64,000 nt of DNA from Candidatus Woesearchaeota archaeon (GCA_964448605.1 CAYUZV010000002.1:39804-103803); one strand, 5' to 3'; counted from the stretch's first letter, positions 9,822-19,655 are shown. Translations and numbers: made by a program. Notes: generated by a model from the sequence alone, not told the origin.

Positions 9822-10478
9822 ATGAAAAAAGAATTGATTTTTGTTTTGATTATTGTAGTTTTAGTTTTGTTTACTATTTTTTATATAAATGGTTTTTTTA
9901 GAGGAGATGGATATCCTGTTCATAGAGATATTACAGTGACTTATTTTTGGGTTGGAGAGGGTGCGAGTGAAGATAATTTGTATATTTCAAATAGTGCAAG
10001 TGCTTGGAATGAAAACTGGATTGGAGATTTTGGTGGAATTGATAATCCTGAAAATAGAAATGGTTATATTCCTGCGAATTTTGTTCCTAATGAAAACTCT
10101 TTTTATTTTGCTCTTCCATATAATGATTTAGATAATAATGGAGAAAGGAAAGAGAATGCAAGAAAAGTGTATTGGTTTGATGAAAGAGATTGGACAGAGG
10201 GAGAATCTATGTTGAAAAACAAGTGGATTAGAATTATTAAAGATGGAAGGGAAGCTTATGCTCAATGGGAGGATGTTGGTCCTTTTGGAGAAGATGATGT
10301 GAATTATGTTTTTGGAGATAAATCTCCTAAAAATTTGATTAATGAAAACGTCGGGATTGATGTTTCTCCTGCTGTTAGAGATTATCTGAATCTTGATGGA
10401 ATTGACAAAGTTGACTGGCAGTTTGTGGATTTTGAAGATGTTCCTGAAGGTCCCTGGAAAGAAAGAATAACTTCATAG
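9822..10478 (+). CDS. secreted protein of unknown function
   Basis: N-terminal TM/signal sequence. Conserved-looking core VTYFWVGE...YFALPYND...WIRI..GREAYAQWEDVGPFGEDD. Confidence 0.45.
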   Translation: MKKELIFVLIIVVLVLFTIFYINGFFRGDGYPVHRDITVTYFWVGEGASEDNLYISNSASAWNENWIGDFGGIDNPENRNGYIPANFVPNENSFYFALPYNDLDNNGERKENARKVYWFDERDWTEGESMLKNKWIRIIKDGREAYAQWEDVGPFGEDDVNYVFGDKSPKNLINENVGIDVSPAVRDYLNLDGIDKVDWQFVDFEDVPEGPWKERITS

Positions 10479-10483
10479 ATTTA

Positions 10484-11323
10484 TTAGTAGAAATTTGAAG
10501 GAACTATTAAATCTCTGAAATTTACTACTTTTGCATTTGTTTTTTTAATTTCTGAAAGAAGATTTGTATATTGAGAGTATTTTTCTAAATCTAATTTTTC
10601 ATTTGTGGCAAAATCCTGCGGATGTGTCATTATTATACATTTATTTGTTTTGTTTAGAGATTCTCTGCACTTTTCTATTACTTCTTTGTAATTTCTTAGT
10701 TTATAAGTATCCCAATTGAAAGTTGAAACTGTGAATCCATATTTGGATTTTTCAGAGTTTGCAGATATTATTTTTATATTATTATTGTAAACTGCTCTTT
10801 CTGAATCTTTTGAAAGTTCGTTGCTTGGTGGAACAAAAGTCATGATTTCTGGTTCTATTTTTTTGAGTTCTTTTAGTCCTTTTTTTATTCTTTCATCTGC
10901 AGAGGAGTATAAAAGGAATTTGAATTCATAATCATTGTTTCTATATCCATGCAACATTATTTCTATTTTGCAGTGATTTTTTTTCAAATAATCAAATATT
11001 TTTTTGTCTTCTGAAAGTTTGAATGGAATTACAGCCACAGAAGGTGAGATTCCCATTGAAAGTGCATCATTAATCATTTTAATCTGGAGATTGTTTAGAT
11101 AATATGCCTGAATATCATCAATTCTAAGAATTATGTTTTTTTTACCAGGTAAGTGATATGTTTTAGTGCAAACATAAGGTTGAATTCTTTTTTGTTCAAT
11201 TGCCTCGTTTGAAATTCCATTTACTAAAGATATTAGTCCGATTATTATTGGAATTAAAATTAAGAGAAAAATTAAAATAGGAATTAAATTGTTTTCTGAT
11301 TGAGTTGTTTTTCTCTTTTTCAT
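10484..11323 (-). CDS. polysaccharide deacetylase-like protein (DUF2334-type), N-terminal TM
   Basis: ILRIDDIQ, MLHGYRNNDYEF and FVPPSNELS motifs. Adjacent to the GT2 gene. Confidence 0.5.
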   Translation of the reverse strand: MKKRKTTQSENNLIPILIFLLILIPIIIGLISLVNGISNEAIEQKRIQPYVCTKTYHLPGKKNIILRIDDIQAYYLNNLQIKMINDALSMGISPSVAVIPFKLSEDKKIFDYLKKNHCKIEIMLHGYRNNDYEFKFLLYSSADERIKKGLKELKKIEPEIMTFVPPSNELSKDSERAVYNNNIKIISANSEKSKYGFTVSTFNWDTYKLRNYKEVIEKCRESLNKTNKCIIMTHPQDFATNEKLDLEKYSQYTNLLSEIKKTNAKVVNFRDLIVPSNFY

Positions 11324-11416
11324 TTTATTAGATAAAATATAAATTTTTTCATATTGTAGACTATATGGATTAATAAATTCACGATTAAATTTACACCACC
11401 TGTTGGATATAGCATT

Positions 11417-12451
11417 TTAATATCTGTCTGCTTTATACCAATAGAGATTTTTGTTATTTAAGATTATTTCTTTTGCAAAAGTATATAAGAAAAGTATTTG
11501 TTCTGGAAATGCTAAGAGAATTTGAAATGGAAGATAAAAGAAAAGAGAGTATTTTTTGTATTTTAGAATTCCATATGATGCTGAAAGAGAGGTTACAATT
11601 ATGCTTAAAAGTATGAATATTAGGAAAAATCGGTAGCTGATTAGTATGAGAAATGGTGAGAGGATTATTGCGAGTCCCATGATTAGTCCTTCAAGATAGA
11701 TTAGTGAAAGAATTAGGGCATTGTTTGGTTTTTTCATTATTCTGAAGTTTTTTTTAAGACAATACCATCCTCCAGAATGCCAACGATAGAGTTGTCTAAA
11801 ATAAGAACGAAGATTATTTGGGTCTTGAGTGTAGACAATTGCTTTTTTGTTTAGTATTATTTTTTTATCTGCGATTTTGAATTTATAAGTGAAATCTAAA
11901 TCTTCAGTTACATTGTCGTGGTCGAATTTTATTATTTTTTTAAAGTCATCTGTTTTAAATGCTGAACCACATCCAACTAAAACATATAATGCACCTACAT
12001 AATCTTGTGCTGTTTTGAAAATTGTCTGTCCGATTAGATAGTTAATTTCTCTGACTTTTGTGAGCCAGTTTCCTTTTTTTGATTCTACAAAACCACTTAC
12101 TGCAGTAATATTGTTTGAAGAAAAGGATTTGAGTATTTCTATTGTGAAATTTGGATGGAGGCAGGTGTCTGCATCTGTTGTTATGAATATATCTGTTTTT
12201 ATGTATTTTATTCCGATTTCCTGTGCTTTTGATTTGTTTCCTGTGTTTTTAGGAAGATTTATGATTGTTATTTTGTCTGCATAAGATTCTAGAATTTTAA
12301 CTGTTCTGTCTTTTGAACCATCATTTACAACAATGATTTCCTCAGGTTTTAATTTTTGTTTTAAACAAGATTCTACGCATCTGCTTATGTGTCTTTCTTC
12401 GTTATAAGCTGTTATTAATATTGAAATTGTAGGTTGTTTTTTTGTAATCAT
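11417..12451 (-). CDS. family 2 glycosyltransferase, processive membrane type
   Basis: ISILITAYNEE, VVNDGSKDRT, TDADT and the QxxRW-type motif QLYRWHSGGW, followed by C-terminal TM helices. Confidence 0.8.
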   Translation of the reverse strand: MITKKQPTISILITAYNEERHISRCVESCLKQKLKPEEIIVVNDGSKDRTVKILESYADKITIINLPKNTGNKSKAQEIGIKYIKTDIFITTDADTCLHPNFTIEILKSFSSNNITAVSGFVESKKGNWLTKVREINYLIGQTIFKTAQDYVGALYVLVGCGSAFKTDDFKKIIKFDHDNVTEDLDFTYKFKIADKKIILNKKAIVYTQDPNNLRSYFRQLYRWHSGGWYCLKKNFRIMKKPNNALILSLIYLEGLIMGLAIILSPFLILISYRFFLIFILLSIIVTSLSASYGILKYKKYSLFFYLPFQILLAFPEQILFLYTFAKEIILNNKNLYWYKADRY

Positions 12452-12658
12452 TAATGAAGAGTGTAATTTTCATTTAATAAGTTATATTTTATGAGATGTA
12501 TAGGATTTGGTGGTTTTTTCTTTCCAGCTAATATGGATTTTTTTGTGATTGTAGGGGTCTTTTTTCATTATTTTTTTTAGAAGGCTTTCTTTATAATCCA
12601 CTGGGACTAAAGTGCTACCTTCAAAAGTTATGCCCTGTAAAATCACAAAAGGGTAATA

Positions 12659-12731
12659 TGCCCCCTCCGGGATTCGAACCCGGGTCGCAGCCTCGAAAGG
12701 GCTGAATCCTTGGCCTCTGGACGAAAGGGGC
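12659..12731 (-). tRNA. tRNA-Glu (UUC)
   Basis: Hand-folded cloverleaf: acceptor GCCCCTT/AGGGGGC, anticodon loop CTTTCGA, T arm CCGGG-TTCGAAT-CCCGG. 73 nt, no encoded CCA. Confidence 0.85.
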
Positions 12732-12784
12732 GAATAAGATAAAAATTAAAGAAGAATTTGGTTTTTAAAGTTATTGTTTAAAAT

Positions 12785-13111
12785 TTATAATTTTATTTTT
12801 TCAGCGAAATCACTTACAATAGGGATTTCTTTCTTCTCTCCTGAAAGTGCATAAAGCCAGCTTAGGAACCATGCAATTATTATGATTATATTTATTGCAA
12901 AACTGATTATCCATCCAATTATTGGAATCCATCCGAAAATTCCTGTTATTGCTCCTGCGATTAGTGCAATTATGAAAATAACAAGACTTTGTTTTGCATA
13001 ATACATCACATATTTATCCTCGCGGTTTACTAACAAAGCGATTATAAATCCGATGATACTTAGAAATGTTGCGAGAAATGCAAAAAGTATTTTGTTGTCT
13101 TTTTTTGCCAT
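12785..13111 (-). CDS. small membrane protein (DUF4870-like)
   Basis: 108 aa, three TM helices. Confidence 0.4.
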   Translation of the reverse strand: MAKKDNKILFAFLATFLSIIGFIIALLVNREDKYVMYYAKQSLVIFIIALIAGAITGIFGWIPIIGWIISFAINIIIIIAWFLSWLYALSGEKKEIPIVSDFAEKIKL

Positions 13112-13383
13112 TAGATATTCTCTTGTATTAATTTAATTCCAGTTACTATTCCCCAAATCCATGCTACAAGAATCATAATTGCTCCTATGAAAATCAGTGA
13201 AAGAGGAATTCCTAGAATAAAAAGCGATAATTGCCATATTCCTTTTTTTGTTTTTCTGCCTATTAAACTTCCAAGTCCTGGAATAAATATGTTTAGAATT
13301 AGTGCAAGGATTGCTATTGCGAGATTGTCGTTGGATTTTCTATTACTTTTTCTTTTTTTATAAACTCTGCTCTTTTTAGCCAT
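13111..13383 (-). CDS. small membrane protein
   Basis: 90 aa. Basic N-terminus and two TM helices. Stop and start abut the downstream gene. Confidence 0.4.
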   Translation of the reverse strand: MAKKSRVYKKRKSNRKSNDNLAIAILALILNIFIPGLGSLIGRKTKKGIWQLSLFILGIPLSLIFIGAIMILVAWIWGIVTGIKLIQENI

Positions 13384-13635
13384 ATTTAATTATATATTTC
13401 AGAGTTTATAAATGTTCAGGTATTTTTTGATTCATTTACCTTTAGGACATCTTAGGTGGATAAAACTAGATTTATTTTTTAGAAAATTAAGGAAAGTTTA
13501 TTTTAATTTTATCTTGATGTGTAATATAAAATAATAATTTAGAGATTATTTAATCATTCTTAGATAATTTATCAAATGCAAATAATTAATTTCAATAAGT
13601 ATAGGTTTGCAGAGTGAATTTTGATAATCAGAAAC

Positions 13636-13646
13636 CTTTATAAATA
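13636..13646 (+). promoter_or_regulatory. TATA box candidate for the uS2 gene
   Basis: ctttataaata lies about 20-30 nt upstream of the ATG at 13666, which implies a leaderless transcript. Confidence 0.4.
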
Positions 13647-13665
13647 AATCTTTTGATAGAATTCT

Positions 13666-14466
13666 ATGGTTGAAGAAAAAAATAAAGAAAAAACTGAAGA
13701 AGTGAAATCGAAAGAGAAATCTGTTGAAAATAGTGGAAATTATGAAAAGGGTAGTTTGGATTTGGATGGTGTGAAAAAGGGTTTGGAGTTGTCTGATGAG
13801 GAGATTCAGGAATTGTCTGATAAATTAAGTCAGGAGGAAATTGAAGATGAAATTAAAGATATTGAAAAAGGAGATAGTGATAAAGCTGAGACGCTTATTC
13901 CTCTTGAGAGTTATATTAAATGTGCTGTTCATCTTGGGACTAAGGTTATTACTCCTCATATGAGGAAATATGTTTACAAGAGAAGGGCAGATGGTTTGGC
14001 TGTTATTAATACTTCTTTGATTGATAAAAAACTTAGGGATGCGATTGATTTTCTTTTGAATTATGAACCAAAGGATATTTATCTTGCTTGTAAAAGGGAA
14101 GCAGGTTGGAATTCTGTTGAAAAGTTTTCTGAAGCAACAGGGATAAGAATTTTTACAAAAAAGTATCCTCCTGGAATTACTACTAATTTGGAGCTTGAGG
14201 ATTTTTTTGAAACAGAGCTTACAATTATTTGTGACCCTTGGATTGATAAGAATGCTTTAAATGATACTGCGAAATTAGGAAAGCCGGTTATGTCTTTATG
14301 TGATACAAATAATTTTACTACTAATGTTACAAAAATTATCCCATGCAATAATAAATCTAAAAAATCAATAGGATGTGTTTTGTTTATACTTGCAAGAGCT
14401 TATTGTGAATCTAAAAAAATTCCTTTTGAATATCAGTTAGAAGATTTTACAGGGGTTTTGGAGTGA
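13666..14466 (+). CDS. rps2: 30S ribosomal protein uS2 with acidic N-terminal extension
   Basis: YIKCAVHLGTKVITPHMRKYVYKRRADGLAVINT and the LCDTN motif. Confidence 0.8.
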   Translation: MVEEKNKEKTEEVKSKEKSVENSGNYEKGSLDLDGVKKGLELSDEEIQELSDKLSQEEIEDEIKDIEKGDSDKAETLIPLESYIKCAVHLGTKVITPHMRKYVYKRRADGLAVINTSLIDKKLRDAIDFLLNYEPKDIYLACKREAGWNSVEKFSEATGIRIFTKKYPPGITTNLELEDFFETELTIICDPWIDKNALNDTAKLGKPVMSLCDTNNFTTNVTKIIPCNNKSKKSIGCVLFILARAYCESKKIPFEYQLEDFTGVLE

Positions 14467-14471
14467 TTCTT

Positions 14472-15629
14472 TTAATTTTTTAGAATTTGTATTAATCTAT
14501 TTAATTTGCTTTTTCTTACTTTTCCGTAAATACCTGTTTTTATGAAATCGCATCCAAAACCTATTGCTAAATCTGCGATGGTGTTATCTAGAGTTTCTCC
14601 ACTTCTGTGGGAAATTATTGTTTTTATTTTATTTTTTTTGCATAAGTCAATCACTTGCTTTGTTTCCAATAATGAACCTATTTGATTTGGTTTAATTATG
14701 ATTCCACTTATGCTTTTTGATTTTATTGCTTTTTCTACTCTTTCTAAATTGGTTGTTGTTAAATCATCTCCTGTGATTAATTTTTTTGTTTCTTTAAGCA
14801 GTTGTTTGAATCCTTTGAAATCGTGTTCATTCAGAGGGTCTTCGATGTAAAAAATATTGTAGTTTTTTATTAAACTTGCGAGATAGTCTATTTGTTGATT
14901 TCTTGTCAGGTTTCTTACTGGATTTTTATAGTTGTAATTTTTATTGTAAAAACTGCTTCCTGCTATGTCTAATCCAATGTCTATTTTTATTTTTTTCTTT
15001 TTTAGAATGTTTCTTACTTTGTCCATAATTTCTAAAACTTCTTCGTTGCTTAATTCTGTTTCCCATGCTCCTTCATCATTTCTTTTTTTTGCCTTTAGGA
15101 ATTTTTTTACCAGATTGTATGCTTTTTCATTTATTTTTACTTTTTCTGAAAAAGTTTTTCCAGATGCTATGAATAAAAATTCCTGAAAGTCGGGTTTTTT
15201 ATTTTTTATTCCTTTGCTGTGCAATCCTCCTCCAATTGCATTTCCAATGGGTTTTATGTTTGATTTTTTTCCTCCTAAAAATTTCCATAATTCTTTTTTG
15301 TTTTCTTTTGCAAGGGCTTTTAGAAAATTTGCTTCTAATACAAAAAGAGTGTTTCCTCCTATGTCATTGAATGTTAATCTTTCTATGTATTCTAAATCTT
15401 CAAAACTATCTATTCCTAATGAATTTACTATTTCTAAATTCAAATTGTTTATGTATTTTATGTCGTGTTGAAGTGATTTTTTGTAAATTGGAACTTCGTG
15501 TTTTCCTCTTGATTTTCCAGAGGGTGCAGATGTGATGAATGTTCCTTTTTCTGTTTTTAGAATTATCTGGATTGTTTTTTCATTTCTTGAATTTTTCACC
15601 TCTTTTGCAGATATTTGTTTTATTTCCAT
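14472..15629 (-). CDS. eno: enolase (short, divergent)
   Basis: C-terminal IISHRSGETLDNTIADLAIG matches the enolase signature. N-terminal APSGKSRGKHEV replaces PSGASTG. Confidence 0.75.
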   Translation of the reverse strand: MEIKQISAKEVKNSRNEKTIQIILKTEKGTFITSAPSGKSRGKHEVPIYKKSLQHDIKYINNLNLEIVNSLGIDSFEDLEYIERLTFNDIGGNTLFVLEANFLKALAKENKKELWKFLGGKKSNIKPIGNAIGGGLHSKGIKNKKPDFQEFLFIASGKTFSEKVKINEKAYNLVKKFLKAKKRNDEGAWETELSNEEVLEIMDKVRNILKKKKIKIDIGLDIAGSSFYNKNYNYKNPVRNLTRNQQIDYLASLIKNYNIFYIEDPLNEHDFKGFKQLLKETKKLITGDDLTTTNLERVEKAIKSKSISGIIIKPNQIGSLLETKQVIDLCKKNKIKTIISHRSGETLDNTIADLAIGFGCDFIKTGIYGKVRKSKLNRLIQILKN

Positions 15630-16999
15630 TATTCTAATTCTTTTTTTAAAATTTCGTTAATTATTTTATAATCTGCTCTTTTTTGTGTTTTTGCCATTAT
15701 TTTTCCAATTAAGAAATTTAATGCTTTTTTTTCTCCATTTTTATAGTCAATTACACTTTTATTATTTTCCTTTATAACTTGTTGGATTATTTTTTGAAGT
15801 TCTTTTTTGTCTGAAATTTTTTCAGAGTTTTTTAGTTCTGATTTTGGTGAAAATGATTTTGGTGTGAATTTTCTTAAAATGTCTTTTGCTACTAATGGGG
15901 TTATTTTGTTTTTTCTTAAAAGTTCTAATAATTCTATTACATGTTCGGGATTTATTTCCAGTTCGTCTAATGATTTTTTGTTATAATTGAGGACTGAAAA
16001 TAATTCTACAGTTATCCATGGAAGTGCGAATTGAGGTTCTATTTTTTTGATTACTTTTTCATAAAGTTCTGCTATGTCTATATTTTGTATGAGAATTTTT
16101 GCATTTTCTTTGTCTATTTTGTGTTTTTTTATGATTTTTTCTAATTTTTCCAATGGAGTTTCAGGTATTTGTTTTTCAAGTTCTTGTATTAGTTTTTTAG
16201 TGAATTCCATTGAAGGCAAATCAGGTTCTGGAATAAATCTATAATCCTCTGCATTTTCTTTTAATCTCATTAGTTCTGTTTTTTCAGTTTTTGAATTCCA
16301 TCTTCTTGTTTCTTGTTTAAGGGGTTTTTCTTTTTCATGTCTTGGGATTTCTGATTTTATTGCTTTTGTTATTTCATTTATTGAATTTACATTTTTTATT
16401 TCTGTTCTTGTTGTTCCTTTGATGTTTACATTTACATCTGCTTTTATTCCTGAATCTTTGTTCAGGGCTTTTATGTAAGATAGAGTTAGGATTAATTGTC
16501 TTAGCCATACTTGGACTTCTTCTGCTGATTTGAAGTCAGGTTCTGTTACAATTTCCACTAAGGGTGCTCCTGCTCTGTTATAATCCACTGTGCCTTTTTC
16601 AGGATTCCATGCTGCAGGGTCTTCTTCTAAATGAATTTCTCTTATTCTTATTCCTAAAAATTTTCCATTTTCTGCAAAAGGTATTGAATAACTTCCTGAT
16701 GCTGTTTTTTGATAACCTGAAGGCATATCTGGCCAATTATAATGTTTTCTCTGGAAGATTACTTTTTTTGGGAGGATGTTTGGTTTGCAGTTTAAAATTA
16801 TTCCAATTTGCAATGTTTTATTTATTGCTGATTTATTTGGAAGAAGGGGTTTTGAACCGGGTTGTGCTGTGCAAATAGGACAGATATTTGTATTTGGTTG
16901 AATAACTTTCATGTCGTGGTAATTTTTACATTTACAGAATAATTTTTCTTTTGTATCTATGTAACCATGTATTTCAAGTCCAATTATTCCTTTTTCCAT
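15629..16999 (-). CDS. gatB: aspartyl/glutamyl-tRNA amidotransferase subunit B
   Basis: GLEIHGYIDTKEKLFCKC and HLEEDPAAW motifs. C-terminal YqeY-like tail LNFLIGKIMAKTQKRADYKIINEILKK. Confidence 0.75.
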   Translation of the reverse strand: MEKGIIGLEIHGYIDTKEKLFCKCKNYHDMKVIQPNTNICPICTAQPGSKPLLPNKSAINKTLQIGIILNCKPNILPKKVIFQRKHYNWPDMPSGYQKTASGSYSIPFAENGKFLGIRIREIHLEEDPAAWNPEKGTVDYNRAGAPLVEIVTEPDFKSAEEVQVWLRQLILTLSYIKALNKDSGIKADVNVNIKGTTRTEIKNVNSINEITKAIKSEIPRHEKEKPLKQETRRWNSKTEKTELMRLKENAEDYRFIPEPDLPSMEFTKKLIQELEKQIPETPLEKLEKIIKKHKIDKENAKILIQNIDIAELYEKVIKKIEPQFALPWITVELFSVLNYNKKSLDELEINPEHVIELLELLRKNKITPLVAKDILRKFTPKSFSPKSELKNSEKISDKKELQKIIQQVIKENNKSVIDYKNGEKKALNFLIGKIMAKTQKRADYKIINEILKKELE

Positions 17000-17020
17000 A
17001 TTATTTAATGAAGTTTTGGT

Positions 17021-17788
17021 TTAATAAGGTTTTTGGAGTTTCATTGAATTTCTAATCTTATGTTTTCCTATCTGAGTTCTTATTAAATTAAATAGAATTG
17101 CTCCTTTTTCTATTTTTTTTCCTAATTCATCTGCAATTGCTCTTATATAAGTCCCTGATGAACAGAAGATTGTTATATCTGCTATTTGATGGTTTTCTTG
17201 TTTGTCTTTAAGGAGTTTTTCCCAGTGGTTTAGTATTTCTTTTTGTCTGAAGTCACCTTTTAGATTATTGATTTTTGTTTTTATTTGTTTTAGTATTTTA
17301 TTGTTATTTATTTTATAAATTGAGTTTATTTTTATTTGTAGGATTTTTGCTTGTTTTTTTGGAAGTTCTTTTGGAAGTTGGTTTTTTCTTGCATAGTGAA
17401 AAAGAGGTTTACCTTTGATTTTGTAAGAGGAGTATGGTGGAAGAGTTTGATTGAAATTGCCTTTGAATGATTTTATTGTTTTTTTAATTAGGTTTGTTTC
17501 TATTTCTTTATTTGGATATTTTTTTGGTATTCCTAAAATGTCATAAGTATCTGTTGAAAATCCTAATAGGAACTTTGCTCTGTATTCTTTATTGAGTTTC
17601 ATGTATTGGGTTATTTTTTTGTTTTCTTCTTCTATTAGTAAAATTAATATGCCTTCTGCCATAGGGTCTAATCTTCCGGGATAAGAGATTTTTTTATTTT
17701 GATATTCAGGTTTTTGTTTTTTTAAAGTTTCTATTGTTTGAAGAGGTGTTAAGGATACTGGTTTGTAAATGTTTAGGATTTTTTTCAT
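17021..17788 (-). CDS. truB: tRNA pseudouridine synthase, TruB/Cbf5 family (no PUA domain)
   Basis: GRLDPMAEGILILL catalytic Asp motif and CSSGTYIRAIADELG. Confidence 0.7.
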   Translation of the reverse strand: MKKILNIYKPVSLTPLQTIETLKKQKPEYQNKKISYPGRLDPMAEGILILLIEEENKKITQYMKLNKEYRAKFLLGFSTDTYDILGIPKKYPNKEIETNLIKKTIKSFKGNFNQTLPPYSSYKIKGKPLFHYARKNQLPKELPKKQAKILQIKINSIYKINNNKILKQIKTKINNLKGDFRQKEILNHWEKLLKDKQENHQIADITIFCSSGTYIRAIADELGKKIEKGAILFNLIRTQIGKHKIRNSMKLQKPY

Positions 17789-17842
17789 TTATTTTAAAAG
17801 AAGTGAATATATTTAAGGGTTTATTTATTATTTTTAGAGATA

Positions 17843-18217
17843 TTAGTGGAATTGTCTTTCCAATCTCATCTCTGCTGGAATATCTAATGAAGAATCTATG
17901 GTGTCTTGTAATGCTCTTGCATAATCAAGAGATCTTCTTTCATTATCTGAATTTCCTTCAATTAGTTCCTTCATTCTTGAATTTTTTCCATTGTTGGAAA
18001 TATATGCTTTTGCATATGCATCTCTTTTTGCTTTAGATATAAAAATTTCTCTTTCAGAAAGATTCAGGCAGGACAGACCTGCATATCTTGTTAAAGAATC
18101 AAATGCATGGACAAGTCCTTCAAGATATTGTTGTTTTTCTGCAGATGAGTTCTTTTAATCTTTCTTCATTTCTCTGTAAAAAGTTTCTAATTTTTCCTGA
18201 AGTTCCTCTTGAGTCAT
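17843..18217 (-). pseudogene. 124-codon reading frame with one in-frame TAA at codon 21
   Basis: ATG at 18217 gives MTQEELQEKLETFYREMKKD, then TAA at 18155-18157. The same frame stays open for 103 more codons to the TAA at 17843-17845. Confidence 0.4.
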
Positions 18218-18302
18218 TTTTTTTGTAATGAGAGATTGTTTATAAATTTTTGGATATAGAAAGGTTTAAATAGTTTGGTTACGATTCGTATACGATTAGA
18301 AA

Positions 18303-18473
18303 ATGGCTTCAGATGAGACTACAGTCAAAATTAGCAAATGGTTGATAGACGAAGTTCAGAAGTATATTGAGAAAAGTAATCGCAATAAAACTGATTTTCC
18401 GTCAAAAAGGAACTTTGTTGACAGGGCTGTTATGCAGTTGCTGGAGGAAAGAGGAGTTGATTTAAATAAATAA
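18303..18473 (+). CDS. small ribbon-helix-helix-like protein (56 aa, below the track cutoff)
   Basis: MASDETTVKISKWLIDEVQKYIEK...FVDRAVMQLLEERG. TATA ggtttaaatag about 30 nt upstream. Confidence 0.4.
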   Translation: MASDETTVKISKWLIDEVQKYIEKSNRNKTDFPSKRNFVDRAVMQLLEERGVDLNK

Positions 18474-18484
18474 CAGGAGGTAAA

Positions 18485-18625
18485 ATGAAGGAGATAGAAA
18501 TTGAAAAAGCAAGGCAGTTATTGAATGTGCTTGAAATGAAATCGCCTGATAAGAAGATAGAGAGTCTGATAAAGCTTTTTTTTATTAATGAGCTCAGGGA
18601 TAGAGAAAGAAAAGTTTATTTTTAG
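18485..18625 (+). CDS. 46-aa ORF downstream of the RHH gene
   Basis: aggagg sits 5 nt upstream of the ATG. No known motif. Confidence 0.25.
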   Translation: MKEIEIEKARQLLNVLEMKSPDKKIESLIKLFFINELRDRERKVYF

Positions 18626-19155
18626 AATTTTTTTATTTTTTTAGTTATGTTTCTTATTAATTCTTTTGCGAGTAGGATGTATTTTTTTATTGTTATTATG
18701 TCTAATACATCTGTTTCTAAATTATTTTGAAGAATAACGACTTTGTCTTTTTTTACAAAATCCATTACACTTTTTTGGGATTTTTTGTTTGTTTGGATGA
18801 TTTCTTTTATTTTTTGAACTTGTTCTCTTGTGAGTTCATAGTTTTTTGAGGATTTTTTTTCAAAGATTTCTAAGTAATTGTTATTTGGTGAGGGTTTTAT
18901 TCTTTTGAATAAAATATCATAGTTTAGCATTGCATTCACTGAGTTTATGATTGATTTGTAGATTTCATCAAAAATTTTTAAAAGCAGTCTTTTTTCCTGA
19001 ACAAGTGGATATGTAACATAAGCCATATGGTCAGCAATCTGGATGCTTTTAATTGCATTGTTTATATTTTCCTGATATGTTTCAGGCATTTTAAATATAA
19101 GGAAATGAGGATTAATAAGATTTGTTGTTTTCTTTGAGGAGTTTATGAACATCAT
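18622..19155 (-). CDS. hypothetical protein
   Basis: 177-aa ORF. No motif recognised. Confidence 0.4.
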   Translation of the reverse strand: MMFINSSKKTTNLINPHFLIFKMPETYQENINNAIKSIQIADHMAYVTYPLVQEKRLLLKIFDEIYKSIINSVNAMLNYDILFKRIKPSPNNNYLEIFEKKSSKNYELTREQVQKIKEIIQTNKKSQKSVMDFVKKDKVVILQNNLETDVLDIITIKKYILLAKELIRNITKKIKKF

Positions 19156-19194
19156 AATTACCTCTGTTTATGCTTATTCAGATGTTAAAAAGAA

Positions 19195-19359
19195 TTATTT
19201 CTTTTTTGTCTTTATCTGATTGCTTGCTTTTTTAGCAGCTTTTTTTATTGTCTTTTTAGCAATCTTTTTTTCCTCATTAAGAATCTCTTTTGTCAGGGGA
19301 TCCTTCATAAGCTTCTTAGTTGCTTTCTTAGCTGCTTTTTTAACTTTTTTCGCTTTCAT
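19195..19359 (-). CDS. 54-aa lysine-rich small protein (below the track cutoff)
   Basis: MKAKKVKKAAKKATKKLMKDPLTKEILNEEKKIAKKTIKKAAKKASNQIKTKKK. The ATG overlaps the stop of the upstream gene. Confidence 0.3.
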   Translation of the reverse strand: MKAKKVKKAAKKATKKLMKDPLTKEILNEEKKIAKKTIKKAAKKASNQIKTKKK

Positions 19360-19655
19360 TTTATTTTTTTATATACTAATCCAAAAATAAGAAGCAATGC
19401 ACCTATTCCAAGGTAAAACATCCACAATTTTATTTCTGGAAAATAATCGTTTAACATTAATCCAAATCCATGAGAAAGAATAACTAATGAAGCAGAGATA
19501 AATGCAAAAAATGTAAAATATCTCTTCATTGTTGAACGAATGAAATTTATGTCTCCGATTTTTTTGATTATGTCTTCTGCATTTTCACCAATTGAATCAA
19601 ATAAAGATTCAAGTGCTTTGTCAAAAAAATCTGCAAATTTTATCCTCTTTTTCAT
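19356..19655 (-). CDS. small membrane protein
   Basis: 99 aa with two TM helices in the C-terminal half. Confidence 0.4.
   Translation of the reverse strand: MKKRIKFADFFDKALESLFDSIGENAEDIIKKIGDINFIRSTMKRYFTFFAFISASLVILSHGFGLMLNDYFPEIKLWMFYLGIGALLLIFGLVYKKIK

Noticed and set aside
1101-16878. Short antisense or overlapping track ORFs inside larger genes (1101-1298, 2686-2892, 3027-3242, 3676-3945, 4518-4703, 5325-5510, 6340-6570, 6777-6971, 8053-8298, 12060-12284, 14079-14348, 14965-15186, 15214-15471, 16564-16878)
   Set aside because: They are embedded in longer ORFs that have recognisable motifs. Their compositions are typical of non-coding frames in AT-rich DNA.
17734-18036. The 100-aa plus-strand track ORF
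   Set aside because: It has a Phe/Leu/Cys-rich composition typical of the antisense of an AT-rich gene. The minus strand carries a much more protein-like frame.
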